Below, in pieces: positions 63,638-64,000 of a stretch of DNA of 64,000 nucleotides. Numbering within the stretch: the stretch's first letter is position 1; every line of letters starts with the position of its first letter. A program made the translations under genes and the position numbers. Source of the DNA: Selaginella moellendorffii (Eukaryota > Plantae > Lycopodiophyta); the NCBI RefSeq assembly GCF_000143415.4, contig NW_003314397.1, positions 248,001 to 312,000 on the forward strand, given 5' to 3'. Below the pieces are notes generated by a model. The model worked only from the letters and a program-made list of their open reading frames with translations, ran no database searches and was not told the DNA's origin.

Positions 63638-64000
63638 CTAGTCTCCATTTACAAATTGCTTGTTCGCGTAGTACCTCCGCTCACTCTCGGCCTTCTTCTC
63701 GTTGCGCTTCTGTAGAGACAAACATTTTCTCAATAACGGCAACTGGTTTATATCGTAACGGCACTGACCCTGAAAGCCTCGTGGTTTGCGACAATGCGCG
63801 CGATTATGGTTGACGTAGTTATGTTCCGGGGGCTCTCCAAAATTTTGAATTTTCCTAGCTGCTTGGGACACGCATATGGATCGAAATCACCCTGGAAGGG
63901 AGCACAAGAGAGTCGGTGAGAGCTCACTCAAGGCACCAGTATACCTCTTTAAAATCAGTGGTCTCCGCCACGGTTCCATGTACTACCAAAGAGATGTTGA
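63638..64000 (-). CDS. PECT1: Ethanolamine-phosphate cytidylyltransferase, last three exons (5' end beyond the window)
   Basis: NISLVVHGTVAE|..DPYACPKQLGKF..ESPRNITTSTIIARIVANHEAFR|KRNEKKAESERRYYANKQFVNGD*. Confidence 0.9.

Overview
Gene-dense eukaryotic (land plant) nuclear DNA with very short introns (mostly 50-70 nt), tiny intergenic gaps, SS-type PLS-PPR genes and a probable sperm-flagellar gene. This points to a lycophyte, most likely Selaginella (inference, no search run). About 22 protein-coding genes were reconstructed by eye: HIR, a putative axonemal EF-hand protein, an SMF/FAMA-like bHLH, a CPBP/Abi protease, two RLKs, PPR-DYW, a 56-aa spliced microprotein, CBL, a PL7/citrate-binding protein, GUN1, NOP16, DWF5, LAZ1/TMEM184, MPDU1, NTRC, VIT-like, an LRR protein, PRMT7, PPR-E, MED13 and the 3' end of PECT1. 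There are also two AT-rich, CpG-poor relic blocks (1-2050 and ~42300-45850), a tandemly duplicated F-box-like pseudogene and an intronless ARIADNE pseudogene. The most unusual element is an intact spliced gene at 46057-48295 (-) encoding a SAM-like header, a P-loop NTPase, a PD-(D/E)xK restriction-endonuclease-like domain, a C3H zinc finger and an NLS. This is a Crinkler/RHS (CR)-type toxin/effector architecture sitting in the accessory block. Other highlights: a TEX49/FAP85-like flagellar gene with a duplicated, frameshifted terminal exon; a divergent DYW deaminase; a U12 intron; several GC-AG introns; and gene pairs whose CDSs are only 35-55 nt apart. All family assignments come from motif recall and need database confirmation.
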